Source of the DNA: Gemmatimonadota bacterium
GTDB lineage: Bacteria > Gemmatimonadota > Gemmatimonadetes > Palauibacterales > Palauibacteraceae
Assembly (NCBI GenBank): GCA_039584255.1
Contig: JBDGYE010000008.1
Span: forward strand, 4,188-68,187
Direction of reading: 5' to 3'
DNA: 64,000 nt
Shown here one piece after another: positions 8,936 through 18,090 of the stretch. The first letter of the stretch is position 1; every line of letters starts with the position of its first letter. Below the pieces are notes generated by a model. That model was not told the origin of the DNA. It ran no database searches and saw only the letters and a list, made by a program, of their open reading frames with translations. The translations under genes and the position numbers were made by a program.

Positions 8936-10921
8936 CTACTGCAGAAGTACCGTCGCACCTGGCACGATGCGCGTGCCGGCGGACGGCGATTGACTCGAAA
9001 CGCGATCCGAAGACTGGAGTTCCACGCGCAGCCCCAGAGAGTGAAGCCGGGCCACGGCGGCCCGCAGCTCGACGTCGGTGACGTCGGGAAGCAGGAGCTG
9101 CTCCGCACGCGCTGGCTGAGGCCGGCCGCTGAACGTTCCGGCGTCTGAAGCGAGCCTGAACGGAGAGAGGGCGTTCCCGGGACTCCATTCCTGAAGCGCG
9201 TCCGGGCGGTTCCAGTCGAGCCGCTCGCGCCGATTTCGCGGAAGCTCCTTCTCGACATAGCCGAGACCGGGGGCAGCCAGGATTGCCTGCACGATGGTCC
9301 GGCTCAGGGGCGCCGCGGTCCGGCCTCCGTAGTAGAGGCCCTTTGGGTCCTCCAGCTTGGTCAGGATCACCAGGCGCGGATCCTCGGCCGGCAGGTATCC
9401 CACGAAGGAGGCGGCATACCTGGGTTCCGCGTACCCACCTCCCGAGGCGATTCTCGCCGTCCCGGTCTTGCCCGCCACCCGGACCCCGACGACGGAGGCC
9501 AGCTCGGCCGTGCCCCCGACGCCTACCACCGAAGCGAGAACGTCAGTGACACGATGGGCTATCTCCGGCTCGACGACCCGCCGGATGGGTTCGACGTTGC
9601 GGCGCCACACGGTCTGACCCTCGCCGTCTCGGACTTCCCGTACCAGCCCGGGACGCAACAGTACACCCTCGTTGGCCAGGGCTCCGTACGCGGCCACCAG
9701 CTGTAGCGAGGTCATCATCAACTCGTAGCCGAAGGCCAACGACTCCTGGCTGAGGGCGGACCAGCTGTCGGGGCGCCGCAGCAGGCCGGCGGACTCGCCG
9801 GGGAACCGGAGCCCGGTCGGCGTACCGAAGCCGAAGTCGCGAAGGTACCTGTACTGAACGCCCGGACCCATAAGCCGAGAGAGCTTCGCCGCACCTATGT
9901 TGCTCGAAAAGAGAATCACCTCGGCTACCGTGAGCGTATCGTGCGGGTGCACGTCCCGGATCGTGCGATACGGCGTCCGGTACTCGCCTCCCTCCGCATA
10001 GACCAAGTCGCTCAGGTCCGCGAGTCCTTCCCGGAGCAGCGTGGCCAGCAGGAACGGCTTTACGGTCGAGCCGGGCTCATAGGGATCGGTGAAGGCGGGA
10101 ATCGTTGTCTGCGCCTCGGGACGCCGACTGGCCACCGCAAGCAGCTCGCCGGTTCGAGGATCGGCCATCAGGACATCGCCGCCGCTGGCACCGGTCTCCT
10201 CCATCGCACCGTCCAGTGCCTGCTCGGCGATAGCCTGGAGCTCGGCGTCCAGGGTTAGATAGATGTCGTGGCCCGGGTGCGCCGGAGCGCTCGGGATCTC
10301 CGTCAGGGGATAGGATTCTCCGTGGGCAGCTTTGCGTCTCACGGCCTCGCCGGGCGTTCCCCGGAGCAGCGAATCCAAGACGAGCTCGAGGCCCGACCGG
10401 CCCTGTCCATCGGTGCGCACCGCGCCTACCAGTGAGCGAGCCAGCGCTCCCTCCGGATGGACGCGGGACTCGATGGGCTCGAAGTGGACGCCGCTTCTTA
10501 CTGCGCCCGCCAGGGTCTCCCTCTCGCGCCCGTCCACAACGCCTATGGACAGCCAACCGTCGACCCCGCGCAAGAGCCTCCTCTGCTCGCGCGCCGAGAG
10601 GCCGAGCACGGCGGCTACCGTCTCCACATCCCGCCGGAGGTCGCGAGCCTCCTTCGGGGCGAGAAAGGCGCGGTACTCGGGCCTGGACAGCGCGAGAGGC
10701 TTTCCATGCCTGTCGAAGATCCCTCCGCGAGCGGCGGGGATCTCGACGAGTTCCGTGGTTTGGGCCCATGCCTGCTCGCGCCATTCACCACCCTGGAGGA
10801 TCTGGAGCTGGGCGGCCCGACTCGCGAAGGCCGTCGCGACCAGCGCCATCCCGGCGGTCAGCAGCCGGGTGCGCCTGGCGTGGGTCCGGCTGGTGATCCT
10901 TCTTCGCCGCTGCCGTCTCAT
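8936..10921 (-). CDS. ftsI: class B penicillin-binding protein (FtsI/PBP3) with C-terminal PASTA-like domain
   Basis: N-terminal TM, RGGIFDR, EPGSTVK (SxxK), SSN, KTGT; C-terminal LPDV...SQSPSAG PASTA-like segment. Confidence 0.93.
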   Translation of the reverse strand: MRRQRRRRITSRTHARRTRLLTAGMALVATAFASRAAQLQILQGGEWREQAWAQTTELVEIPAARGGIFDRHGKPLALSRPEYRAFLAPKEARDLRRDVETVAAVLGLSAREQRRLLRGVDGWLSIGVVDGRERETLAGAVRSGVHFEPIESRVHPEGALARSLVGAVRTDGQGRSGLELVLDSLLRGTPGEAVRRKAAHGESYPLTEIPSAPAHPGHDIYLTLDAELQAIAEQALDGAMEETGASGGDVLMADPRTGELLAVASRRPEAQTTIPAFTDPYEPGSTVKPFLLATLLREGLADLSDLVYAEGGEYRTPYRTIRDVHPHDTLTVAEVILFSSNIGAAKLSRLMGPGVQYRYLRDFGFGTPTGLRFPGESAGLLRRPDSWSALSQESLAFGYELMMTSLQLVAAYGALANEGVLLRPGLVREVRDGEGQTVWRRNVEPIRRVVEPEIAHRVTDVLASVVGVGGTAELASVVGVRVAGKTGTARIASGGGYAEPRYAASFVGYLPAEDPRLVILTKLEDPKGLYYGGRTAAPLSRTIVQAILAAPGLGYVEKELPRNRRERLDWNRPDALQEWSPGNALSPFRLASDAGTFSGRPQPARAEQLLLPDVTDVELRAAVARLHSLGLRVELQSSDRVSSQSPSAGTRIVPGATVLLQ

Positions 10922-10943
10922 AGGTATCCGCTCCCCCCGCTGA

Positions 10944-11273
10944 TCACGGAGTCACGTCCGGCAGGTGCACGATCTCCTCGTCTCTCGGGCTGCGAAGGCC
11001 CAGTCTTGCCGCCTCGACCAGTATCCTCTCCCTCGAGCTGAGAGAGTCGACGCGAATCAGCTCCTCGGCCAGCTGCGTCCGGAGGACCAGCTCCTCGCGC
11101 TCCAGCTCGGACAGCGACTCGGCCAGGCGCCTCCCCTCGGCCGTGCGCCGCACCGAGACGGCCATCGACGCGACCAGGACCAGGCCGGAGCCCAGTAGCA
11201 GGGCCCGGCGCCGACGATCTCCCACCCTGGAACGGCGACGACTCGATCGGCCCCGCTTTCGCTGCCTCTTCAC
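10944..11273 (-). CDS. ftsL: cell division protein FtsL-like
   Basis: Basic N-terminus, single TM, coiled coil, 'AARLGL'; between rsmH and ftsI; GTGA overlap with rsmH stop. Confidence 0.8.
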   Translation of the reverse strand: MKRQRKRGRSSRRRSRVGDRRRRALLLGSGLVLVASMAVSVRRTAEGRRLAESLSELEREELVLRTQLAEELIRVDSLSSRERILVEAARLGLRSPRDEEIVHLPDVTP

Positions 11274-12238
11274 TGGCTCTCCCACGCCCGCAGCCGGGCG
11301 CTACGTGACCTCGGATTAGCCGACACCTCATCCGGGGTCGGCCTCACCGGCTTCTTTGTCAGCAGCCTGCCCAGGGGACGCCCGCGGCAGGCGCACATCG
11401 GGAGCTCGGGTGGACAGACACAGCTCCGGCTCCACTCCCGCAACGTCAGCTTCGCGATCCGGTCCTCCAGGGAGTGGTATGAGATGACAACCAACCGCCC
11501 CCCGGAGCACAAATGCCCCCTGATCCCCTCCAGCCCCTCCTGGAGGGCTTCGAGCTCCTCGTTGACAGCGATCCGAACGGCCTGGAAGAGGCGGGCCTTG
11601 TCTCCCGACCGAAGCCTCGAGCCGAGCACGGCCGTGCAGGCAGCCATGAGGTCATCGGCCATCTGCATCGGGGCCCGGCTTCGGCGGCGGACGATCTCCC
11701 TGGCCAGAGCCCGCCATCTGCGCTCTTCGCCGTACTCGCGGAAGATCCGCCCCAGTTCAGCCTCGGACGCCGTGTTCAACAGGTCGGCCGCGGTCCTCCA
11801 TCCGCCGGTTGTCCCGCCCATCCGCATATTCAACGGTGTGCCCCGACGGAAGGAGAACCCGCGTGCCGTAGTGTCGATCTGGTGTGACGACACCCCGAGA
11901 TCCAGGAGCGCGCCTGCCAGATCTATTCCCCTCGATTCCGCGACCAGCAGCCCGGTCGCGTCTCGGTAGTCACCCTCCAGGACCCGCGCTCGCTCTCCAT
12001 ATGGAGAGAGCCTGACCCGGGCGGCGGCCACGGCCTCCGGATCTCGATCGATACCGATCAACTGCACATGCGAGCTCGCCGCCAGCAGCCGTTCCGCATG
12101 TCCGCCACCCCCCACGGTGGCGTCGAGATAGAGGCCCCCGCGTTCCGGCTCCAGGAAGGAGAGCACCTGCGCTGCGAGTACCGGCTCGTGCTCGAAGCTC
12201 TCCCTCGTCACGTGTCTCGACGGAGACGGTGCCTGCAC
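11270..12238 (-). CDS. rsmH: 16S rRNA m4C1402 methyltransferase
   Basis: HEPVL, DATVGGGGH, DLGVSSHQ, SYHSLEDR, NPRSRSARLR. Confidence 0.97.
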   Translation of the reverse strand: MQAPSPSRHVTRESFEHEPVLAAQVLSFLEPERGGLYLDATVGGGGHAERLLAASSHVQLIGIDRDPEAVAAARVRLSPYGERARVLEGDYRDATGLLVAESRGIDLAGALLDLGVSSHQIDTTARGFSFRRGTPLNMRMGGTTGGWRTAADLLNTASEAELGRIFREYGEERRWRALAREIVRRRSRAPMQMADDLMAACTAVLGSRLRSGDKARLFQAVRIAVNEELEALQEGLEGIRGHLCSGGRLVVISYHSLEDRIAKLTLREWSRSCVCPPELPMCACRGRPLGRLLTKKPVRPTPDEVSANPRSRSARLRAWESQ

Positions 12239-12255
12239 CGTCCCGCTCGCTGACG

Positions 12256-12687
12256 TCAGGCGAAGATTCCGGCGGCGATGTCGTCGTCGCCGTTAGCTCC
12301 CCGGTCGACCGCCTCTCTGAAGCGGTCGGGATTCCAGATCTCGATCTTGTCTATCGCTCCTACGAGCTGCGCCTCGTTCTGGATGCCGACTCTCTCACGC
12401 AATCGATCGGGAATCAGGATGCGTCCCTGTTTGTCAGGTGCTACCTCCTGGGCGTTGGCCGTCACCCTCAACAGGAAGTGCCGCTTTCGGGGTGCCCGCT
12501 TGGCCAGCTCCCTCAACCGTCGCTGCACTTCTTCCCAGGCATCGGACGGGTAAAGGGTGAGGGCGTCGGCGTGATACTGGATGAGAATGAAGGACGAACC
12601 CTCTGCGCCCCGGCGAAAAGCCGCCGGAAGCGTAACCCGCCCCTTCTCGTCCACCTGGTACAGGTAGCTGCCGAGATAGCCGCCCAA
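12256..12687 (-). CDS. mraZ: dcw cluster transcriptional repressor MraZ
   Basis: Two DxKGR/DKQGR AbrB-like repeats, IEIWN; first gene of the dcw cluster; TTG start. Confidence 0.95.
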   Translation of the reverse strand: MGGYLGSYLYQVDEKGRVTLPAAFRRGAEGSSFILIQYHADALTLYPSDAWEEVQRRLRELAKRAPRKRHFLLRVTANAQEVAPDKQGRILIPDRLRERVGIQNEAQLVGAIDKIEIWNPDRFREAVDRGANGDDDIAAGIFA

Positions 12688-12718
12688 ATCGCACCGTTAT
12701 TAGGCAGGTGTGAGAAAT

Positions 12719-12781
12719 CCCCACAGTTTCCCACGTTTCCCCACTGGACCCCATTTTATCTCTCACCTTCTCCCCACGCAA
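12719..12781 (-). promoter_or_regulatory. dcw promoter (TTGCGT-17-TAAAAT) overlapped by MraZ-binding TGGG repeats
   Basis: -35 at 12776-12781, -10 at 12753-12758. On the plus strand CCAC/CCAT occurs at 12721, 12731, 12741 and 12751 (exact 10-bp period), plus degenerate copies near 12763 and 12774. Confidence 0.85.
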
Positions 12782-12811
12782 CCCCTTCTCTCCCTGCCCC
12801 GCAGCAGGGGC

Positions 12812-12856
12812 AAAAAAAACAAACGGCCCGGAGGGACTCGAAGTCCCACCGGGCCG
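12812..12856 (-). terminator. intrinsic terminator after TPR gene
   Basis: Minus strand CGGCCCGGTGGGACTTCGAGTCCCTCCGGGCCG followed by TTTGTTTTTTTT. Confidence 0.9.
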
Positions 12857-12922
12857 AGTGGTCGGCCGGCGCTGACCGGCGGAGGTCGGGCGGACAGCCC
12901 GAACCGCCGGCCGGGTGGCCGA

Positions 12923-14689
12923 TCAGCCGCCGCAGTTCTTCCGGATGATCTGCTCCTGACGATAGATGTACACGTCGGTGCTCTCCCGGATCTGCGCCTG
13001 GCTCTGGGGCTGCTCACTGCCCGCACGGTCCAGGTTGGGAGGCACCTGCTGGAACTTCCGGAGGGCCCGCTGGGCCGGCTGGCAGGCCTCGCTGGCCTCG
13101 TTGGCCGAGTCGATCTGGACACCCTGCTGGTAGTAGCCGTACGCCGTGAAGAAGTACAGCTGGTCGCGTACGCGGCCGGTCTGCGAGAACTCAGTTCCGA
13201 CCCTGAACATGGCCAGGGCCTGCTCGTACTGGCCGCTCTTGAAGAAGTCGTTGTAGCCTCTGGCCAGTAGCTGTCCGGCCACCATGTCGGCGTCGGCCCC
13301 GCCGTCTACCGCCGTGCGAAGATCGGCGATGGCGCCGGCCGAGTCGCCGGCGCGCAGCTTGAAGAAGCCCCTTCGCAGGTAAGCCTGCTCGTACGCGGGG
13401 TCCAGCTGCAGAGTGCGGTCAATCGCGGCCACGGCGTCATCGAAGCGCTCCATGCGGCCGTAGACGTCGGCGCGTATCGACCACAGGCTTGCATCGTCCG
13501 GCATCAGGGCCTGAGCGCGATCCGCGAAGTCGAGGGCGGCGTCGAAGTCGCCGAGCTCCAGGTTGGCCGCGACAACGTTCCTCAGGATCTCCGGGTTTAT
13601 CTCGTCACCCTTGAGCTCCAGCACCTTGTTGTACGCGTGCACGGCCAGCCGGACGGAGGCCTCGTCGCTGATGGACGCCTCCTCGCCGGACGCCGGATCC
13701 GTGCTTTCGGTCGTTCCCTTCCGCAGAGCCACGTTGCCCAGGAACTCCCACAGGTCGGCGTTCGTAGAATCGATGGCGAGGCCGTCCTGCAACAGGGCGA
13801 TCGCCTGTTCCTCGCCGCCGGCCTGCGCCAGTTCGAAAGACACGTTGAGGCGCACGCTGGAGTCGCCAGGATTGAAGTTGAGATACTCCCGATACAGCTC
13901 CACGGATCGGTCCTTGTTTCCGAGCTTCAGCTCCGTGAAGGCCAGCGACTGGAGTGCATTGACCTCCGCCGGGTTGTTCTCGATGACCACGGCCAGGTCT
14001 TCCTTCGCCGCCTCCCAGCTCTCCATGCCCATGTGGACCCGGCCCCGCAGGTACCGACCCGTCATGCTTCCCGGATTGAACTCGATAGCATCGTCACAGT
14101 TCCGCAGAGCGTCCTCGTACTGCTCGGCCGCCAGGTAGTCCTGGCAGAAGAGGACGGACCTCTGGTAGTCCACCTGGCTCTCGAAGGCCGATACGATTAC
14201 CCCGGCCGTCTCTCGAACCTGGTCGCCGCCGTCGCCGGCCACCGTGAACTCCGGCACCGCCAGCTCGTCACCGGTCTTCGAATCGACGAACACGACGTTA
14301 ACCGTGTTCACGCCGCCGCCGGGCTCGACCGTGCCCCACATGACGACGTCCGCATTCATGCGGCCGGCCAGCTGCCGCCACTGGATGAGCCCCAGATCCT
14401 CCTCCTTCAGCTTCAGGCGCTTCAGCTCGTCCCGCACCTGCTTGGATTCAAGGGCGGTGAGCGTCGGGAACTCCTCCAGTTGCTCCTGGACCTCCTCGGC
14501 GACCTTCTTGCCGAAGTCCCCCTTTACCCCCTCGCCCGTCTTGAGGGGAGCGACGAGGACCATCGCCCGTCCGCCGCTGCCGCCGTTTCCCTCTTGGGCC
14601 AGGGCGTGCCCGGCCTTCGCGCAAACGACGGTCGTCGCCGTCATCAGGCTCAGCGCGAGCCCTCCTATCGACCTCACAGCTCGGTTCAT
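12923..14689 (-). CDS. exported tetratricopeptide-repeat protein with N-terminal alpha/beta (TolB-N/CsgG-like) domain
   Basis: Signal peptide ending ...ALA-Q; many TPR-like repeats (e.g. AIEFNP, YLNFNP, LQLDPAYEQAYLRRG). Confidence 0.8.
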   Translation of the reverse strand: MNRAVRSIGGLALSLMTATTVVCAKAGHALAQEGNGGSGGRAMVLVAPLKTGEGVKGDFGKKVAEEVQEQLEEFPTLTALESKQVRDELKRLKLKEEDLGLIQWRQLAGRMNADVVMWGTVEPGGGVNTVNVVFVDSKTGDELAVPEFTVAGDGGDQVRETAGVIVSAFESQVDYQRSVLFCQDYLAAEQYEDALRNCDDAIEFNPGSMTGRYLRGRVHMGMESWEAAKEDLAVVIENNPAEVNALQSLAFTELKLGNKDRSVELYREYLNFNPGDSSVRLNVSFELAQAGGEEQAIALLQDGLAIDSTNADLWEFLGNVALRKGTTESTDPASGEEASISDEASVRLAVHAYNKVLELKGDEINPEILRNVVAANLELGDFDAALDFADRAQALMPDDASLWSIRADVYGRMERFDDAVAAIDRTLQLDPAYEQAYLRRGFFKLRAGDSAGAIADLRTAVDGGADADMVAGQLLARGYNDFFKSGQYEQALAMFRVGTEFSQTGRVRDQLYFFTAYGYYQQGVQIDSANEASEACQPAQRALRKFQQVPPNLDRAGSEQPQSQAQIRESTDVYIYRQEQIIRKNCGG

Positions 14690-14824
14690 CCTACGTTCCT
14701 CGTCTTTCAAGCCTCATCGGCGAGGGTACCCCCACCTTCCGCACTTCGCTTGGACACTCTGAAAGCGATGATTGTTCCGACGAGGCCGGGCGTTCCGCCG
14801 CCTTCAGGAGTGCGCTCGCGTACA

Positions 14825-14900
14825 TGGGCGAAGCTGGATTCGAACCAGCGACCTCCTGCTTGTAAGGCAGGCGCTCTAGGCCATGCTGAGCTATTCGCCC
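14825..14900 (-). tRNA. tRNA-Val (TAC), CCA not encoded
   Basis: GGGCGAA acceptor stem pairs with TTCGCCC; anticodon arm CCTGC-CTTACAA-GCAGG; T-loop TTCGAAT. Confidence 0.97.
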
Positions 14901-15148
14901 TCGTGCCTCTCACCCCGTTCCCCTCCGCGTTCGCGGAAGCCCAGCAACAGTCCGACAGGGATCAGGACGACGTAGCCCGCGACCAGGAGCACGGGAGCCG
15001 CCACGACCGAGCCGCGGTCCAGCAGCACATAGCCAAACAAAATGACCACGACCCCGGCAATGAGGACCAGGAAATTGGGGCTCCTCATGCCGAACAGTCG
15101 TGGACTCTCCTCGCCAGCTCCGGTCTGTCGTGAGCGGCTAGTATCCAT
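14891..15148 (-). CDS. small two-TM membrane protein (DUF3098-like)
   Basis: NFLVLIAGVVVILFGYVLL...AAPVLLVAGYVVLIP resembles DUF3098; upstream promoter supports ATG 15148. Confidence 0.7.
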   Translation of the reverse strand: MDTSRSRQTGAGEESPRLFGMRSPNFLVLIAGVVVILFGYVLLDRGSVVAAPVLLVAGYVVLIPVGLLLGFRERGGERGERHEGE

Positions 15149-15154
15149 CGGCCA

Positions 15155-15183
15155 AGGATATTCCCCCGTCGGGGCTCAGTCAA
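15155..15183 (-). promoter_or_regulatory. sigma70-type promoter TTGACT-17-TATCCT, 6 nt before ATG (leaderless)
   Basis: -35 at 15178-15183, -10 at 15155-15160, ATG at 15146-15148; no room for an SD sequence. Confidence 0.7.
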
Positions 15184-16129
15184 CTTCTTCTACGCCTCTT
15201 TCTTCGGCCTCGTCCGCCCGCCGAAGAGCCTCCAGGCGCTTGCGGTCCTGCCTTGCGCGACGGACGGTCACCACGAGGACGAGCACCGACACTCCGACCC
15301 AGAAGACGGCGGCCCTGGAGATCATGTACAGCCAGCCGTATCGGTCCAGCACGGTACGCTTCCACCGTCTCTCGAGCTGCTCTTCGGTGACGCCGTAGAC
15401 TCTGCGCAAAGCCTGATCCAGGGAATCCCGTTCCCGTAGCCGGGTGAACAGGGCTCTGAGTCCCGGCTCTCCTCCCATCGCCGCCAGCTCGTGCACCACG
15501 GTGTACGACAGCAGATAGCCCAGTCGCGCGTCCAGCTCCTGCCTCCGGAAGCGAAGATCCAGGTCCCTGAGCGTGGCCCCTCCCCCGCGAAAGAAGACCA
15601 GACGCAGCTGCCATGCCTCGTCCCAGCTCCAACCGCCGGAGGCATACTGCGCATATCCCTCGGTCAGCCACGCAGGATGGTTGCCGCCGGTAGCCGCATG
15701 CAGTGCCAGGTGGGCTAGCTCGTGGCGGAACACAACGGGGAGTCCCGCGAGACCCTCCATTCCTTCGCCAACCCTCAGCGCCACGCGGCTCTTGCCAGGC
15801 TGGGCGACGCCGGCCACCCAGGGTTCGGGCGTTCGCAGCCCCTCCGGGGGTCCGGATGCGAGGCTTCGCACGATCCAGAGATCCAGCGTGTCGGGCGCCA
15901 CGTCGGCGAGGCGACCGATGCCCGGGAAGGGTCTCCAGGCCAAGGAGTCGCGGACCAGCCGCTCCCCGATTCCCTGAAGAGCCTCTTCCGTGTGGAGGCG
16001 CACCGGTAGGCCGCGGCTGTCCTCCTGAGCCTCGGCAGCGGCGGCTCGCGCCCCAAACAGCAGCGCAGCGACGATGGCAACCACCGCTGTCGTCACGGCG
16101 AAGCGGCCGCAGGCCAGGTGCGGCCGCAT
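15176..16129 (-). CDS. peptidase MA-family zinc metallopeptidase, C-terminally membrane-anchored
   Basis: HELAH (HExxH) followed by PAWLTEGYAQY; signal peptide; C-terminal TM. Start uncertain (ORF extends to 16189). Confidence 0.8.
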   Translation of the reverse strand: MRPHLACGRFAVTTAVVAIVAALLFGARAAAAEAQEDSRGLPVRLHTEEALQGIGERLVRDSLAWRPFPGIGRLADVAPDTLDLWIVRSLASGPPEGLRTPEPWVAGVAQPGKSRVALRVGEGMEGLAGLPVVFRHELAHLALHAATGGNHPAWLTEGYAQYASGGWSWDEAWQLRLVFFRGGGATLRDLDLRFRRQELDARLGYLLSYTVVHELAAMGGEPGLRALFTRLRERDSLDQALRRVYGVTEEQLERRWKRTVLDRYGWLYMISRAAVFWVGVSVLVLVVTVRRARQDRKRLEALRRADEAEERGVEEVD

Positions 16130-16167
16130 CCGCAGCGGGTCGCCGCGGAGATCGTCACGGCCGCCCG

Positions 16168-17148
16168 TCAGCTCGTCTCCCGCGCCCACTCGACGGCCGC
16201 CTGGAGGTCTTCAGGTAGCGGCGAAGAAAACCTGAGCAGCTCGCCGGTGTCCGGGTGGCGGAAGGCCAGGCGGGCCGCGTGCAGAAACAGGCGCCCGCAG
16301 CGTCTGGCCAACTCCTCCGCCCACCGGCCGCCTGCCCCCACGAGGCCACGCTCCCAACCGGCGGCGTAGAAGGGATCGCCCACGACGGGGTGCCCGTGGG
16401 CCTTGAGGTGGACTCGAATTTGGTGGGTACGTCCCGTCTCCAGCTTGAGGGCCAGAAGGTCAGCTGCGCGCCACCGCTCCAAGCGGCGTACATGACTCAC
16501 AGCCCTTCGTCCTCCCTCGACGACGGCCATCCGCTTTCGGTCGGCGGGGTCGCGCGCGATCGGGAGGTCGATCTCCGTTTCGTCATCCTGCAGATGACCC
16601 CAGGCGGCGGCCAGATAGCCTCGCGTGATCCGCCGCCTGGCAAGGTCTGCTGAGAGGTGCCTATGAACCTCGTCGCTGCGGGCGGCGACCAGGAGCCCGC
16701 TCGTGTCCTTGTCGAGTCGATGGACGATCCCCGGGCGCTGCGGGAGGCCCAGCGAGGAGAGCGAGCCGGCGTGGTGCAGAAGAGCGTTGACGAGCGTCCC
16801 ACTGGGGTTGCCCGGCGCCGGATGGACCACCATCCCGGCAGGCTTATCGACCACGATCAGGGCGTCGTCCTCGTACACGACCGACAGCGGAATGTCTTCC
16901 GGCTCCAGCGGCTGCGGAGGAGGTGGGGGCAGAGAGACGTCTATTCGATCGCCCTTGAGCGGGCGGTAGCTCTTCAGGGCCGGACCGTCGTTGACCCGCA
17001 CGAGGCCCTGGCTTATGAGCGCCGCAGTCCGGCTTCGGCTCAGACGCAGACGATTGGACAGATAGGTGTCCAGCCGATCGTCGCAATCCTCCCGGATGTC
17101 GAGGCGATGGAACTCAGGCGTCGGCCCGCTCCACGTCATCGTCTTCAC
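16168..17148 (-). CDS. rluD: RluA/RluD-family pseudouridine synthase with S4 domain
   Basis: RLDTYL S4 domain, VDKPAGMVVHP, HRLDKDTSGL, TGRTHQIRVH, LHA. Confidence 0.92.
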   Translation of the reverse strand: MKTMTWSGPTPEFHRLDIREDCDDRLDTYLSNRLRLSRSRTAALISQGLVRVNDGPALKSYRPLKGDRIDVSLPPPPPQPLEPEDIPLSVVYEDDALIVVDKPAGMVVHPAPGNPSGTLVNALLHHAGSLSSLGLPQRPGIVHRLDKDTSGLLVAARSDEVHRHLSADLARRRITRGYLAAAWGHLQDDETEIDLPIARDPADRKRMAVVEGGRRAVSHVRRLERWRAADLLALKLETGRTHQIRVHLKAHGHPVVGDPFYAAGWERGLVGAGGRWAEELARRCGRLFLHAARLAFRHPDTGELLRFSSPLPEDLQAAVEWARETS

Positions 17149-17668
17149 CTTTCTCCTCGAAGTAGAACGATATCAGGAGGAGAATCGCCCCGCTGCTAAC
17201 AGCCATGTCGGCCACGTTGAATATCGGCCACCGATGCTGGCCGATTCCCACGTCGATGAAGTCGACCACTCCCTCCGCGTAGCGCAGTCGATCGATGATG
17301 TTGCCGATGGCTCCGCCGGCGACCAGCGCAACGGCGAACAAGCGAACAACGTCGGTGGCCGAAGTAGCACGGTATATGAGGCCCAGGACGACGAGGGCCA
17401 CAAGTGAGAGCACCAGGAAGAAGAGCCGGGAGTGCTCACCCACGTTGATGCCGAATGCCGCGCCTCGGTTGTGGGTGTAGGTCAGCCGGAGCACGTTGCC
17501 CAGCACCAGGCGTATCTCGCCCACCGTGAAGTTCTGTACGACCCACATCTTGGTGACGACGTCGAGGGCAACGACGGCGGCCACGACGGCCAGGAGCAGC
17601 GCGGTCTTGTTGACGCCGGAGCGGGCAGGAGCGACCTGGAGGTGCTCTTCCGGCTCAGCGGGATACAC
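17114..17668 (-). CDS. lspA: lipoprotein signal peptidase II
   Basis: DVVTK, NRGAAFG, GGAIGNIIDR, VVDFID, FNVAD. Start approximate. Confidence 0.95.
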   Translation of the reverse strand: MYPAEPEEHLQVAPARSGVNKTALLLAVVAAVVALDVVTKMWVVQNFTVGEIRLVLGNVLRLTYTHNRGAAFGINVGEHSRLFFLVLSLVALVVLGLIYRATSATDVVRLFAVALVAGGAIGNIIDRLRYAEGVVDFIDVGIGQHRWPIFNVADMAVSSGAILLLISFYFEEKGEDDDVERADA

Positions 17669-18038
17669 CGGTCTCCTCGCGCTCTTTGCACTTGATGCAG
17701 AGGCGCGTGTGGGGCAGAGCGTCCAGCCGCTCGAAGCCGATCTCATCGCCACACTCCTCGCACGTCCCGAATGTCTTCGGTCTGCGATAGAGCCGGCGGA
17801 GCGCTTCGTCTATGTGGTAGAGGTAACGGCCTTCCTTGCTCGCGAACAGGAATGCCTTCTCTCGCTCCATGGCGTCGGTTCCCTGGTCAGCCATATGGAA
17901 GCTGTAGGCGGAAAGATCTCCGTCCGAAGCCTGAAGCGAGTTGGAGAACGACTCGTCGTAGTGCCCGAGGTCCTTGAGCGCGCGCTCGCGCATCTGGAGC
18001 AACCGCTCTTCGAAGTGCTTGAGGTCCTTCTTGTTCAT
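17655..18038 (-). CDS. DksA/TraR-family C4 zinc-finger protein
   Basis: Coiled coil with HMADQGTD tip; CEEC...ERLDALP...CIKC. Confidence 0.9.
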   Translation of the reverse strand: MNKKDLKHFEERLLQMRERALKDLGHYDESFSNSLQASDGDLSAYSFHMADQGTDAMEREKAFLFASKEGRYLYHIDEALRRLYRRPKTFGTCEECGDEIGFERLDALPHTRLCIKCKEREETGVSR

Positions 18039-18090
18039 CACTGTTTCCCGAAGTTGCAGATAATCGTCTATACTTCGCGTTCCGGAAGGC

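Noticed and set aside
8860-9258. Long N-terminal extensions in the ORF track (murE, also tilS, thpR, creatininase, PTPS, grpE)
   Set aside because: They overlap neighbouring genes or promoters and lack homology; downstream starts fit better.
12719-12781. Short direct repeats as CRISPR or iterons
   Set aside because: 4-5 bp units at a 10-bp period upstream of mraZ fit an MraZ operator; no spacers, cas or rep genes.
14700-14900. tRNA-Val as an integration site or island boundary
   Set aside because: No integrase, no duplicated tRNA 3' end noticed, and no evident compositional shift.
13637-15133. 498-aa plus-strand ORF
   Set aside because: Antisense to the TPR gene and runs through the tRNA; no recognisable domain.
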